A program made the translations under genes and the position numbers. A stretch of DNA of 64,000 bases from Histomonas meleagridis 2922-C6/04-290x. Its lineage: Eukaryota > Protista > Parabasalia. Below the pieces are notes generated by a model. That model had not been told where the DNA came from, did not search any database, and worked only from the letters and a program-made list of their open reading frames with translations. Location of the stretch: the NCBI GenBank assembly GCA_020184695.1, contig JAANOX010000006.1:1-64000 (forward strand). The letters run 5' to 3'. Below, piece after piece: positions 45,101 to 55,693 of this stretch (the stretch's first letter is position 1; the number at the start of each line of letters is the position of its first letter).

Positions 45101-46751
45101 ATGTCGTTCAATAGAAACAGGTGATATTCACTTACAAAAATCGACTTTCCCAGCTTTACAAAAAGTGGTCGAGTTATTTTCTAATAGTGTTAATGAAGAT
45201 AATGAATATACATTAAATTTATATGAATCACAATTTCTTTCAGTTATTAAAGTTGGATTTCAACTTGACTTAAACATAAGTGGGAAATTTTTAACATCTT
45301 ATTTAATATTTATTAGTAATAATATGTTTATTAATCCCGAAGATTTTTCAGCTGTTATCATTGTATATTTAAGTGGTTTAGATAAATGTAATCAAAGGAA
45401 TTCTTCATTTTATTCATTAGCTTCAAGATTATGTACTATTGGGATGAAATATAAACAATTACAAACATTAATTTTACCATTTTTAACAAAGCTAACTCCG
45501 ATTTTTGCTGAAATTGTATATGAATCAATTTCATTATGGAATCCAAAAAACACATGGAAAGAAAAATCGATTTTTAGAGAGAAAGTTAAAGATTTTTACT
45601 TCGAATTATTACCAGGATTTGTTTGGCTTCAAACAATTTCGAATACATTAATTGATAATAACATTTTAATTTCATTCTTTTTAATGGAAATAAGTTTTAA
45701 CAATGAGAAGTTAATGGTTAAATCAGCGTTTGAATCACTTTCGACTTCGATAAAGTTTTGTGGTAATTTAATTTCGCCTGAAATGTTAGAATTAGTTATT
45801 AAATCTTCGTTAACATTTAATGAAATTAATGAAACGGAACTTTTGAATCAAAGTTCTCTTTTAATTAAAGAAGATAAAAATTGGGATCCAATTCGAATTA
45901 ATATTTTATCTCTTTCGTTAAATTCGGAAATTGTTTTTTCGCCTTTAATTTTCGCTTATTTATTATATACTGATAAAAGAAAAGTTCTTTCGAAATATGC
46001 TTTGTATATGGGATATTTCTTAATTGAGCGTTATCAAAATATAAAAAATGAAGCAAATGCTCTTTTTACTCTTTTGTTTAATCATTCTCCTTTTATAATG
46101 GAAAATATTTGTAATTATATTATCGATAAAAATGATATTAAAACAGATTTCAAATATTTAATATTAAATCTTTGTTTACCGAAATTAAAACTAACTAATA
46201 ACTTAGATAAAATTATTAGGTTTTTATTAGTGACTTTTAAAAAAGGTGGAATGCATTTAATTGGTGAAACTCTTAAATCCAATACACAAATTGGAATTTA
46301 TCTCTTTATAAAAGGCGGATGTAAAACGGCTTTTTTGCTATCGTTAAAGGATTCAGAGAATTTGAGAGCTTATTTGTGGTTCATTCAATTCGGATTAAAC
46401 GTATTGAACAAAAACGAATCAAAAATAGCAACAAAATTTGCTGTTTCTGTTTTTAAACTTGTAATTATTTCTTTAGAAAAATACGAAAATAATTATACAA
46501 ACTCAAGAATGATAATTTGGCATTACATTAGATTATTAAAAGATGCTGTTGAAATAGGAAAAGATTTATTAGAAATAGAATTCGAAAAATTGGATAATAA
46601 AACTAAAATTAAAATTAATCAAATGATAAAAGGATTTATAGAGATTGAAGAAAAAAATATAAAAGTACAAAAACTTGTAGAGTTCTCAACAAATGACATA
46701 AGTCGAAGCACAATGGAATGGCAAACCCTAGAAACGGTCGACACATATTAA
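42186..46751 (+). CDS. Large HEAT/ARM-repeat protein (possibly HEATR5/Laa1-like)
   Basis: ~1520-aa Leu/Ile-rich helical ORF; family assignment is inference only. Confidence 0.6.
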   Translation: MQTELEKLKKIINQKNLKFSESVLFDHLLNLNSCIEKEEITDQIISQAEPIFSDLLLLNNGKISTQCTLSISDTLLQIYRKQKNPKLWIITNLAINNPNPSTILAAGYLFRHLGSTNKSQLPRFIEFLLDKGNHFLFSTIYSFYSCLKSVGSSLSQFTSQIYEFTHKHIQNASQHVVFISLKLLKTLLFNSVPVNQILETANICLSKNHNNLFVINRVSNLVSWCAYQPLIPYINQTTQNKDEWTLESKSPNLDFTNSFATILTFPQIITEVLDSFLNLLGPEIISIHHLSIFKFIRTNIPNSLNLLIPFLPGDSRFTYFYDIIKEPISSEQLKVLFSLSPDDRCIKETIKIAMKLSCSSNKNDKTEIKTFFSTLSQNHPFLVEPYIKELFSCLIKKNVTENEIKGYTSIICSILSNLKDKENILNKNKTLIIKIIKEFIKNTNSLNFLCMFKILKELTKQFTSLKIVTNSIDLVINNKNINNIKLLKTFLSFRSKFIKTNQTLNLLKIIINLNANLPISILISFTKIIPKIPKDNSISYKATLLILNKAFEIKQSKELVKSFIKFPIPVTNELLEKKNEFTKNDKFLDIVIRKIPILINNCIENEQNLLINHILNTKINAISLLIIASMCESKLTRYKLPINLHKYLLTLLPKKTSFYQIISESISLFCRYHIESLPYVFDYIEKNPTISSCILLSSILGHINLTSQLLSRSINILNSLIINPKIIPMIFHTFSTLLITHSIQFSSLKNSSDLFQNLFNVINNEISLQPVVLYIFSKCFCNLIEIFSSDLSLNNSMISKYVIKIIQLIKFTPNDFHKEIYCQVCRSIYLFAYKLTPYINITFPNSKGTSFLLQLYSCQTLTDILKFQTLKFNLNELIQTLLFLLQKTNDLRAYNFIITIGSIMTENDLTFWVSTIKRILVTSSLLNTTTLSIEPTQIVKKCCINVSIYAINQISNLKVLKTEFLDDIVTSLCRSIETGDIHLQKSTFPALQKVVELFSNSVNEDNEYTLNLYESQFLSVIKVGFQLDLNISGKFLTSYLIFISNNMFINPEDFSAVIIVYLSGLDKCNQRNSSFYSLASRLCTIGMKYKQLQTLILPFLTKLTPIFAEIVYESISLWNPKNTWKEKSIFREKVKDFYFELLPGFVWLQTISNTLIDNNILISFFLMEISFNNEKLMVKSAFESLSTSIKFCGNLISPEMLELVIKSSLTFNEINETELLNQSSLLIKEDKNWDPIRINILSLSLNSEIVFSPLIFAYLLYTDKRKVLSKYALYMGYFLIERYQNIKNEANALFTLLFNHSPFIMENICNYIIDKNDIKTDFKYLILNLCLPKLKLTNNLDKIIRFLLVTFKKGGMHLIGETLKSNTQIGIYLFIKGGCKTAFLLSLKDSENLRAYLWFIQFGLNVLNKNESKIATKFAVSVFKLVIISLEKYENNYTNSRMIIWHYIRLLKDAVEIGKDLLEIEFEKLDNKTKIKINQMIKGFIEIEEKNIKVQKLVEFSTNDISRSTMEWQTLETVDTY

Positions 46752-46941
46752 CCGTAAATTGTTTTGAAAAAAATGCTTGTTGAATATACAAAATAATTGA
46801 ATTTAATAAAAATTCCTCTTTCAATTTGTTTGGAACAACAAGAAATAAACCACATAAAAAATTGTGCGATTTACTTAACCGAGCAATCAAAATTTCCTTC
46901 AACTTTTTGGGGTTAATTAAATTCAAATTCATCATTCTAAA

Positions 46942-48882
46942 ATGAAGACGTTCTTTTTCTTATGTTTTCTCACAACAATTATTTGTGATGAGACTCTTAA
47001 TATAGAAGGTATTAAAAAAATTGAAGAAAGTATGTATTCTTCTTATAAAACTAGAACCAAGCATCTTAATATTGGGCAAGGTGTTGAAACTATCTCATAT
47101 TACACGTTCTCTAAATGGGATCTGCTTGAGGATGTGATAATAGGAGATTCAGTTCGTTATATACAAACAAGAGCATTCTATAAATGTGAAAATTTAAGAC
47201 AAGTTCAATTTGGCAAGAACGTTACAGAAATAGAATTAGGTGCATTCTCTACTTGCAGTATCGAAAATATTTCTTTCCCAGATTCTCTAGTCAAACTTGG
47301 CCCTTATGCATTTTCTGGTTCTCTCAAACTCGTTGAAGTAAAGTTTGGCAGTAATTTAACAGAAATTGGGCCGTACTGTTTCTTTTATTCTTCTGTGAAT
47401 TCTATTACATTACCAGATTCTCTTCAAACTCTTGGCGAAGATGCGTTTGGAAAGTGCCGTAATTTACTTTCTGTCACCTTCGGACAAAATCTTAAGAACA
47501 TATCATATAATTTATTTGAAAATTGCAACAATTTAAAAGAGGTTTTCATGTCTTCATCAATCGTAAACATTGGCAACTATTCATTTGATAGTTGTTTTAA
47601 TCTTGAAGAGATTAAATTTGGAGATAATGTGACCGTTATTAATTCTCATGCATTTACCGGCTGTTCAAAACTTAAAACAGTTACATTTGGGCCTAAAGTG
47701 CAAGTCATTGGGGAATTTGCATTTTATGAAGCTCCAATTACGAAATTAGAATTACCTATTTCATTAGTTACACTTGCATCAAAAGCGTTTTATTCATGTA
47801 AAAAACTCGAGACAATAACAATACAATCGGAAATATCCAACTTAGGAATCGGAATTTTTGAATCATGTAAAAATCTTAAAACCGTTAATTTCAAGTCTAA
47901 TCTCACCAAAATACCTAAAAAAATCTTTTATTCATGTGAAAACTTAGCAGAATTTACACTTCCAAGTTCATTGCAAATCATTGGCGAATCAGCATTTTGT
48001 TATTGCAAGTCAATAAAAACGATTGAATTAAGTGAAGGATTACATACAATTGATGACTATGCGTTTTTCTATTGCGAAGGCCTTAAACAAATTAATATAC
48101 CGCAAACAGTTACAACGATTGGAAAAAACGCGTTTTATTATTGCGGCTCATTCACCGAACTCGAAATTCCTTATAACGTCACACAAATTGGCGAATATGC
48201 ATTTGCGTATTGTTATTCTGTTTCCACGTTTAACTTCTCCAGTCGAACTGACACGATTTCTAATTATATGTTTTATATGTGTCAAGATTTATATCAATTT
48301 ACAATACCCGACACGGTGACAACGATTGGAAGAAGTGCATTTTCACAATGTTCAGCATTAGTTATACTTCACATAGGCAAAGGCGTGAAAGAGATTAAAG
48401 TCAATGCATTTTCTAGTTGCGGATTCTTGAAGTGCATATTCTTTAATGGGGATAAAGAGCCAAAACATGAGTCAGACGTCTTCGATGACGCCAAATCTAA
48501 GAAAGTGTTCGTGTTGGACACTTACGACAATGACGAATTTTGCGACATCAAAGTCACCACTGAAGTCGAACAGTGTCCGGACATGGAACCATTGACACAC
48601 TCCGATCCAGAAGTTCCCACTGCTTTAGTTGCGTGCGTTTCGTTTGCTGTTTCGTTCGTGGGACTCATCTGCGTCATAATAGCTGTGGTGTGCTGGAACA
48701 AGAGAAAGCAGATGAAGACGTCGGAGTCCGAGTCATCGTCTGAAGGATATGTTCAGGAGCATCTGCTCGAGCATACACAGAATGTTTATACTGAGCCAGT
48801 GCCGAATTATTACGTGGAGGCGAACTATTACCAACCACAGCCAAATGAACAATTGTACTATATTAATCCTTACGGACAATGA
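46942..48882 (+). CDS. BspA-like (TpLRR/LRR_5) type I surface protein
   Basis: Signal peptide, many LxxVxFGxxVxxIxxxAFxxC repeats, TM (ALVACVSFAVSFVGLICVIIAVVCW), Tyr/Pro-rich tail. Confidence 0.93.
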   Translation: MKTFFFLCFLTTIICDETLNIEGIKKIEESMYSSYKTRTKHLNIGQGVETISYYTFSKWDLLEDVIIGDSVRYIQTRAFYKCENLRQVQFGKNVTEIELGAFSTCSIENISFPDSLVKLGPYAFSGSLKLVEVKFGSNLTEIGPYCFFYSSVNSITLPDSLQTLGEDAFGKCRNLLSVTFGQNLKNISYNLFENCNNLKEVFMSSSIVNIGNYSFDSCFNLEEIKFGDNVTVINSHAFTGCSKLKTVTFGPKVQVIGEFAFYEAPITKLELPISLVTLASKAFYSCKKLETITIQSEISNLGIGIFESCKNLKTVNFKSNLTKIPKKIFYSCENLAEFTLPSSLQIIGESAFCYCKSIKTIELSEGLHTIDDYAFFYCEGLKQINIPQTVTTIGKNAFYYCGSFTELEIPYNVTQIGEYAFAYCYSVSTFNFSSRTDTISNYMFYMCQDLYQFTIPDTVTTIGRSAFSQCSALVILHIGKGVKEIKVNAFSSCGFLKCIFFNGDKEPKHESDVFDDAKSKKVFVLDTYDNDEFCDIKVTTEVEQCPDMEPLTHSDPEVPTALVACVSFAVSFVGLICVIIAVVCWNKRKQMKTSESESSSEGYVQEHLLEHTQNVYTEPVPNYYVEANYYQPQPNEQLYYINPYGQ

Positions 48883-48992
48883 TTCGGTATTCTTTAAATT
48901 TTATTTGTTGAAACATTTGTTTGAATGATTTGGACATGGAAATTAATTATCGACTTTGTGCGCGTTGAGTAAATCGCAAAAATATATTTGTG

Positions 48993-49145
48993 TGATTATC
49001 AATGTGCACTTCCTGAAGAAGGTTATGCACAACTAGCGATATTAGATCCCACGAGTAAAAGCTTAAAATTTTATATTAAATCTATTTGAAATTACATCCA
49101 TTTGTTTAATTAGTAATTAAAACGTTTTTTCTTCGCTATGTTTTT
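48993..49145 (+). pseudogene. Orphan remnant of a BspA 3' end and 3'UTR
   Basis: Near-identical blocks to 51645-51825 (TTCCTGAAGAAGGTTATGCA, GAGTAAAAGCTTAAAATTTTATATTAAAT, TTTTTTCTTCGCTATGTTTTT). Confidence 0.75.
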
Positions 49146-49612
49146 GAATTATCCAATAAGGTCATGTAAGTCTTTTTTCGTTCACTTTTGAGTGTTGTAC
49201 ACCAAAAGCATATTCAACTGCTGTGAACTCTATCACCACGGTAATGATTTTTCGTATTTTTGAAAACGAGCCTTATTTTGTTAAGATTAAATCATACCTA
49301 AGCATATAACAAAAACATCATGAAAATACATTAAACAGATACTAATAATTTAATATCGATCAATATTATGAGAACTGTTTTACACAAATTTTATTGGGGA
49401 ATATTTGCAATCACATAAAAATCAAAACGAATCCAACTAAGATCAAAACAGTTTATAGCCAAGTTGGTTAAACGGTGAATATGATCATATTTAAAAAGTG
49501 GATTCTGTGTTTCTCAATTTAGGAGTTTGATAGAATATACAGACAACCGTCCAAAAAACTTATCTCAATTTTCATGATTCATTCAATTTTATCTCAATTC
49601 TTGATCAGAAAA

Positions 49613-51739
49613 ATGTTTGTACTTTTTTCGTTTGTCGCAAGCATTGTATGTGCAACTGATACTCTTACGATAAATAGTCCTAATATTGTTTGTTATGGTG
49701 ATTATACTTCTTATAACTCAACGACAAAATATCTGATTATTGGTAATTTTGTCTCAAAAATCGCAACTTTAGCATTCTGTCAATGGCCTATACTTGAAAG
49801 TGTAACATTTGGATTAAATGTTATGTATATTGAATACCAAGCATTTTATCGATGTACAAAATTAAAACATATTCAATTTGATCGTAATGTTTTGAGTATT
49901 GGTGGTGAAGCATTTTATTATACCAGCGTGTCTAATATTACTTTTCCTGATTCACTTGAACGAATTGATTTCGGTGCATTTTATCGGTCGAGTTTAGTAA
50001 ATATACATTTTGGTAGTGGTCTCAAAGAGATTGGAGGACGAGCATTTTATGAAATCAGTGCGTCGAATATTACTTTTCCTGATTCACTTGAAAAAATTGG
50101 ATATCGAGCATTTTATCAATGTATGAATCTAAGAAATATTCATTTTGGTAATGGCATTAGAGAAATTGAAGAAAATGCATTTTATCATATCGGTAATTGC
50201 GATATTACTTTTCCTGATTCTCTTGAAAAACTTGGAGAACGTGCCTTTTATTGGAGTTACATTCTTTCAGTCACCTTTGGCAAAAACTTCAAAGAAATTG
50301 GAAAAAATTGTTTTACTATATGTTATTCATTGAAAAGCATTACATTTCCAGAAAAATGTTTACTTAAATCACTTAATTCATATGCGTTTTCACAATGCAC
50401 AAGTTTGATACATCTCACTTTAGGACAAAATCTTGAAAACATTTCGAATCATGCATTTTATCTTTGCGATAAATTAGAAGAAGTTTCGATTCCTGATTCA
50501 GTTAAAACCATTTGTACTTATGCATTTTATCAATGCACAAAACTTCAAACAGTTACATTTGGAAAAAATTTGGTTGAAATTGGTGCATCGGCATTTTATT
50601 CCACACCAATTTCATCAGTCGAATTTCATAATTCATTAACAACAATTTTATCAAGAGCATTTTCTCAATGTATGAAAATCCAACATGTTACAATTCCTTC
50701 TTCAGTTGTAACATTATCTGAATATGCATTTTCATCTTGTTCTCTAATTAAAACTGTAACAATTGAATCAACAATACGAAACTTTGATGTTGGCGTTTTT
50801 GCAAGTTGTTTGAATTTAACAACAATTAATTTCACTGCAAATATCGCTGTAATTCCAACAAATACATTTTATGGATGTTCTAATTTAAGAGAAATTAATA
50901 TTGCAGACTCAGTTATAACTATTGGAAATTATGCATTTTATTCTTGTAAAAAACTTAAAAAATTTAATATTACTCAAAAAGTTACTTCTATTGGCGAGTA
51001 TGCATTTGCTTATTGTGAATCATTTGAAAAAATAGAAATTCCTTATAGCGTAATCACAATAGGAGAATATGCATTTGCTTTTTGTTCAGAACTTGAAGAA
51101 GTTGATATTAAAAGTCAAACAAGTACAATTCCGGTTGGTATGTTTAGAAAATGTGAGAAAATCACCTCAATTACAATTCCTGATACAGTTACAACAATTG
51201 GAAATCAATCATTTTATGAATGTACAGAATTATTTACAGTATATATCGGGAAAGGAGTTACAGAGATTAGAGCTGAAGCATTTTACAAAACAGATTCACT
51301 TAAATGTATTTATTATTATGGAACTTCATCACCAAAATATGGAAAAAATGTATTCGGTCCTTATGCTAAAACTTATTACGTCTCTGACTCTTACACAGAT
51401 AAAAAGTTTTGTGGCAAAACTATAACAAAAGGTTTTGGAGAATGTCCGCCAAAAAGAACTTATTCAAAGAAATCGGATGATGATATTAATTCAAATGCTC
51501 CAATGATAGGAGGTATAGTTGGAGGCTTCGCGCTTTTCTTTATTATCCTTGGCATTATGTTAGTCATCACTTATAGACATCGCAAAAAATTAATGTCGTC
51601 TTCATCTTCGTCTTCTTCCTCATCTTCTTCAAAGAAATGTTATGATTATCAATATGCAGTTCCTGAAGAAGGTTATGCATATGATCCGCAATATGCACAG
51701 CCAGCGATACCTCCGACATACAGTCAGACGACATATTAA
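49613..51739 (+). CDS. BspA-like (TpLRR/LRR_5) type I surface protein
   Basis: Signal MFVLFSFVASIVCA, TpLRR repeats, TM (MIGGIVGGFALFFIILGIMLVITY), poly-Ser then Tyr/Pro tail with PPTY. Confidence 0.93.
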   Translation: MFVLFSFVASIVCATDTLTINSPNIVCYGDYTSYNSTTKYLIIGNFVSKIATLAFCQWPILESVTFGLNVMYIEYQAFYRCTKLKHIQFDRNVLSIGGEAFYYTSVSNITFPDSLERIDFGAFYRSSLVNIHFGSGLKEIGGRAFYEISASNITFPDSLEKIGYRAFYQCMNLRNIHFGNGIREIEENAFYHIGNCDITFPDSLEKLGERAFYWSYILSVTFGKNFKEIGKNCFTICYSLKSITFPEKCLLKSLNSYAFSQCTSLIHLTLGQNLENISNHAFYLCDKLEEVSIPDSVKTICTYAFYQCTKLQTVTFGKNLVEIGASAFYSTPISSVEFHNSLTTILSRAFSQCMKIQHVTIPSSVVTLSEYAFSSCSLIKTVTIESTIRNFDVGVFASCLNLTTINFTANIAVIPTNTFYGCSNLREINIADSVITIGNYAFYSCKKLKKFNITQKVTSIGEYAFAYCESFEKIEIPYSVITIGEYAFAFCSELEEVDIKSQTSTIPVGMFRKCEKITSITIPDTVTTIGNQSFYECTELFTVYIGKGVTEIRAEAFYKTDSLKCIYYYGTSSPKYGKNVFGPYAKTYYVSDSYTDKKFCGKTITKGFGECPPKRTYSKKSDDDINSNAPMIGGIVGGFALFFIILGIMLVITYRHRKKLMSSSSSSSSSSSSKKCYDYQYAVPEEGYAYDPQYAQPAIPPTYSQTTY

Positions 51740-52279
51740 TATTAAATCCCATGAGTAAAAGCTTAAAATTTTATATTAAATTTGTTTTATTTAGATAAAG
51801 AATCGTTTTTTCTTCGCTATGTTTTTAATGATTTATCTATACAGAAATATTGTGAAACATCAAATAAGAAACACAAAATGGAAACTATTGGAAATATTTT
51901 TGTTGATAATTGAGTTTTTGATTTCAATTTCAGCGTAACCAATGAGAACCAGTTTACCATAATGGGAAGCATTATTTCGTACTTAAAAACAATTATTATA
52001 TCCTCCTCCATTTAAATTCCAATACCTTCTTTCTAAGGAGAATTTAAAACTTTCTGTATTACATGATTATGAAAAATTGACTAAAAATCTAGTGGAACTT
52101 GATGATTTTGTAGTAAATGTTTAACAAACAATAAATTTCTTTCCCTTGATGAATTTTTTATAAAAAATCCATATTTATTCCGTCTTCATTAAAAAAAAAA
52201 ATGAAAATTTTTCATAGCTTCCAAAACTTATACAAGTTTCACTAAATTTTTTAAGTTTTTCTACTTTTATCTCATTAGT

Positions 52280-52365
52280 GAATGTGAAGAACTTCAAACA
52301 GTTATATTTGGTCTGAAATTAAATACAATTTCTTCGTATGCATTTTATTATACATCAATATATAT
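52280..52365 (+). pseudogene. Isolated TpLRR fragment
   Basis: ECEELQTVIFGLKLNTISSYAFYYTS with no surrounding ORF. Confidence 0.6.
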
Positions 52366-52565
52366 TTTGTTCAGCACTTATTTATGAAACGAAAAAATAT
52401 AAATAATAGATGAATTACTACTTAAATAAAAAATTTTATTTACTTAATATTAATAACATTTAAAATTCGTACTGTCGAACCTATTTTAATACAATTTTGC
52501 TGCTAGCTTACAACCAATTAAATACTAAATCAATGCCAATGCTGCTAAGTTTATTTGTTTCTAAT

Positions 52566-53195
52566 TTACTTACTGGTCGAATCATTATCTGATGAATAAT
52601 CTGAAAAAAGTATGTTATCGATTATTTCATCGCTTATTGATATTGTTTTTGTTTTGTTATTTTTATTTAGTGTGATGTTTTCAAGAGATGAATCACTTTC
52701 AGAGTAAAACAAATCTTCATTTCCCTCAGTCCCTTGTTTACCACTTGAAGTTGTTTCATTACTCGAATCTGTTTCATCACTAGAACTTTGGATAAAATTC
52801 TTATTTATGATTGAACGATTTTGAAAAAAAGTTTTTCCTTTGTTTTTTCCTGATTTTACGTTAGGTTTAAAATCATTATTTGATGAATTGTTTAATGTTT
52901 CGGAAGATTCACTTTGACTTGAAAAAACAAAAATTTCATCATCATTATAAGAAAGATTTGTATAACTCTTTCTAAAACCTAAATCTTTTGTTTTCGTTTT
53001 GTGGGTGATTGAGTTAAGACTTGAATGAATGTTAGTGTTGGAAAGTTTATTTATTGCTTTAAAAAAACTTTTTTCAAGATTTTTTTTTGATTTTTCAATT
53101 TCCTTTTTTTGCTTATTAATTTTTTCTAAATATTGCAAATGAATTTCATTATGGGAATTCGAAGATGATCTTGAAGAAAATTCATTTGGAAACAT
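52566..53195 (-). CDS. Hypothetical Ser/Asn/Lys-rich protein
   Basis: 209-aa low-complexity ORF; no recognisable domain. Confidence 0.55.
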   Translation of the reverse strand: MFPNEFSSRSSSNSHNEIHLQYLEKINKQKKEIEKSKKNLEKSFFKAINKLSNTNIHSSLNSITHKTKTKDLGFRKSYTNLSYNDDEIFVFSSQSESSETLNNSSNNDFKPNVKSGKNKGKTFFQNRSIINKNFIQSSSDETDSSNETTSSGKQGTEGNEDLFYSESDSSLENITLNKNNKTKTISISDEIIDNILFSDYSSDNDSTSK

Positions 53196-53262
53196 TTGAC
53201 TTTTTCGAGTGATGTCAAAAATTTTGAGAATTTTTATTTAAGTCACATAAACGTACACAAAG

Positions 53263-55212
53263 ATGAATGGAAAATTTCAAGATTCTGGTGTAAGTCAAAT
53301 AGAAATATCAAGTATATCAACATCAGGATTTCTTGATTTTTCATCTCCAAGTAATTCAAAAAAGAATCTTAATACAGATACAAAAGATAACAAAAATCAA
53401 GAAAAGAGTACAATCTCATTTTCGAGTATTAAAAGCTCATTAATGAAATCTCCTAGCCAAAAATATAACACAGAAAATTTACTAGAATCTATATTATCTG
53501 ATACAAATCAATCACCAAAAGGCACATCAATTTCCTCAATTCACAAAGACAATAAACCAACCAGCAAAGTATCGGATAGCATTGATGATATTCAATTTAG
53601 TGATGAGGATGAACTTGACAAAACCATACACATTTCTGCAGATGACAAAATTTCATCTATACTCCCTAAAAGCTTATCTGATTCCAAGAGCAAAAGTCAA
53701 GAAAAAGACTTTTCGACCACAGATTTGCTCAAAACAATTGAACCATATCATTCCACTAATTCCAATTTAAAGTTAATCGAGGTTGAACAACTTCTTAGCA
53801 AACTCAATCGTACCAAAGAGAGTAAAAGTATCATCAACACGAGTAGTTCATATTCCTCTGGCGAGTCGAAACAAGAAAACGAAGACTTTTCATTTGATTT
53901 TTTCTCTGCTTCTTCAGTAAAAAGTAATAGTAAATCATCATCAAAACAAACAGATTCGAGTAATGGATTCGTTAGCGATTTGAGTTCTGATAATAAAACA
54001 AAATCTAACGAACTCCAAAAATCTATTTCCAAATCAAAAAATAGTTTTAATAAAGAAACGAAAGTCGAAAATAATAATTTTAAAGTTAATAGTATAAACG
54101 GAGCAGAACAAAAAATTAATGATAATGAAAAAAGTATTAATCAAATATCAAATGATAATACAACAAAAAGTAATATAAAAGAAAGTGTAATCTTATTAAG
54201 TAATAATCAAAAAGAACAAAACACATCAATAAAAAGTGAAAATAGTATTAAAGAAAACACTGAAATTGAGCAAAATAATCTGAATAATCAAACAAATAAA
54301 AACATAGAAACAAATCAAAAAGATAATAATATAAAATCATCAAAAAGTAATATAAAAGAAAATACAGAAGCGGAACATAATAAATCACTAAAAACTAACC
54401 AAAAAGGAAATGTTATTAAACAAACATCAAAAAGTAATATCAAAGAAAACATTGAGCCAAAGAAAACCATCAGAAATAACACTAATGAAACAACAAAAAG
54501 TAATGTTAAAGAGACAGAACATACTAAATCACCAAAAAATAGTCCAAGAGAATATGCTAACATAAAGACAGCATTAAAAGAAAGTAATGTTAAAGCAATG
54601 CCACAACTCCAAACAAAAAACACTAAACAAAACAAAACAGACGAAAGTGAACTTCCTCATTTTCCGCACAAAACTATAGAAAACTTTGATTTTAGTGATG
54701 AAGAATTCGAATTAGCTAATCACAAACGAAAAGTAAAGATTGAACAACTAATACAACAAAGCTATCCAACAAGATCTAATAATAAAAACATTAATAATAA
54801 AGAAAAGAACATTAAAATTCCTCATGGAAAGGGAACATTTAAAGAAAAAAGTTCAACAAAAAGAACAAAAAATATTTTCGATCCAACTGAAACTAAAGCT
54901 ACAAAATTACGTAATCAAAGTATTAGGCAAAAAATGGCGTTGGAACATGAGCAAATAAGAATAAAAGAAGAAGAAGAAAGAGAACGAATCGAAAAAGAAA
55001 AAATTATCGGAAAAAAGTTAACAAAAGAAATAAAAGAACGTGAAAATGCAATTGCACCAAATACTACAAAAAAGAAGACAATGACAAATAAGAAAATATA
55101 TAACACAGAGAAAATAGAAAAAGCAGAAGCGTTTTTGAGGAGAAATGATAGAGAACTTATTTATGCAGATATATCAAACATCGTAAACCGCAAGAAAATG
55201 AATCAAAGATAA
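53263..55212 (+). CDS. Hypothetical low-complexity (S/K/N/E-rich) protein with C-terminal coiled coil
   Basis: 649-aa uninterrupted ORF. Confidence 0.7.
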   Translation: MNGKFQDSGVSQIEISSISTSGFLDFSSPSNSKKNLNTDTKDNKNQEKSTISFSSIKSSLMKSPSQKYNTENLLESILSDTNQSPKGTSISSIHKDNKPTSKVSDSIDDIQFSDEDELDKTIHISADDKISSILPKSLSDSKSKSQEKDFSTTDLLKTIEPYHSTNSNLKLIEVEQLLSKLNRTKESKSIINTSSSYSSGESKQENEDFSFDFFSASSVKSNSKSSSKQTDSSNGFVSDLSSDNKTKSNELQKSISKSKNSFNKETKVENNNFKVNSINGAEQKINDNEKSINQISNDNTTKSNIKESVILLSNNQKEQNTSIKSENSIKENTEIEQNNLNNQTNKNIETNQKDNNIKSSKSNIKENTEAEHNKSLKTNQKGNVIKQTSKSNIKENIEPKKTIRNNTNETTKSNVKETEHTKSPKNSPREYANIKTALKESNVKAMPQLQTKNTKQNKTDESELPHFPHKTIENFDFSDEEFELANHKRKVKIEQLIQQSYPTRSNNKNINNKEKNIKIPHGKGTFKEKSSTKRTKNIFDPTETKATKLRNQSIRQKMALEHEQIRIKEEEERERIEKEKIIGKKLTKEIKERENAIAPNTTKKKTMTNKKIYNTEKIEKAEAFLRRNDRELIYADISNIVNRKKMNQR

Positions 55213-55324
55213 CAAATTTTTGACACAAAGGAACTTAATGTATACTTATATTTATGTAAAAATAATTGTTTATACAATTTTGATTTTTTTTATTGTAAAA
55301 TTTTCCTTAAAAATAACACGCGTA

Positions 55325-55627
55325 TTAGTCGGATGAACCAGACGTATCAACTTCTGCAAGTAATTTCTGTATCATGTCCTGATCAATTGAAGAACTATCA
55401 CTTTGAGTATCTGCTAATTTTAAGTCTGATTGAGGATTCCTATTAGGTATATCCTCTATGTTGATTTCTATTTCGTTATTATCTTTTTTCTCGAGAGAAA
55501 ATTCAGGTTCAAATATTTTTGGAGAATGAACATCATTTGTAGAAATGATTGGAGGGACATACACATCAACATCGTCTCTTTGATATTGATCTCTGTTCCT
55601 TGGTCCAGCAGAAAAACAACATCCCAT
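55325..55627 (-). CDS. Small protein with predicted N-myristoylation/palmitoylation (MGCC)
   Basis: MGCCFS N-terminus, acidic body. Confidence 0.65.
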   Translation of the reverse strand: MGCCFSAGPRNRDQYQRDDVDVYVPPIISTNDVHSPKIFEPEFSLEKKDNNEIEINIEDIPNRNPQSDLKLADTQSDSSSIDQDMIQKLLAEVDTSGSSD

Positions 55628-55693
55628 TTGATTATACTTTTATTCAAAATAAACGGTCGCTGACCGAACCTTAAACGTTCTTTTAAAAACATT

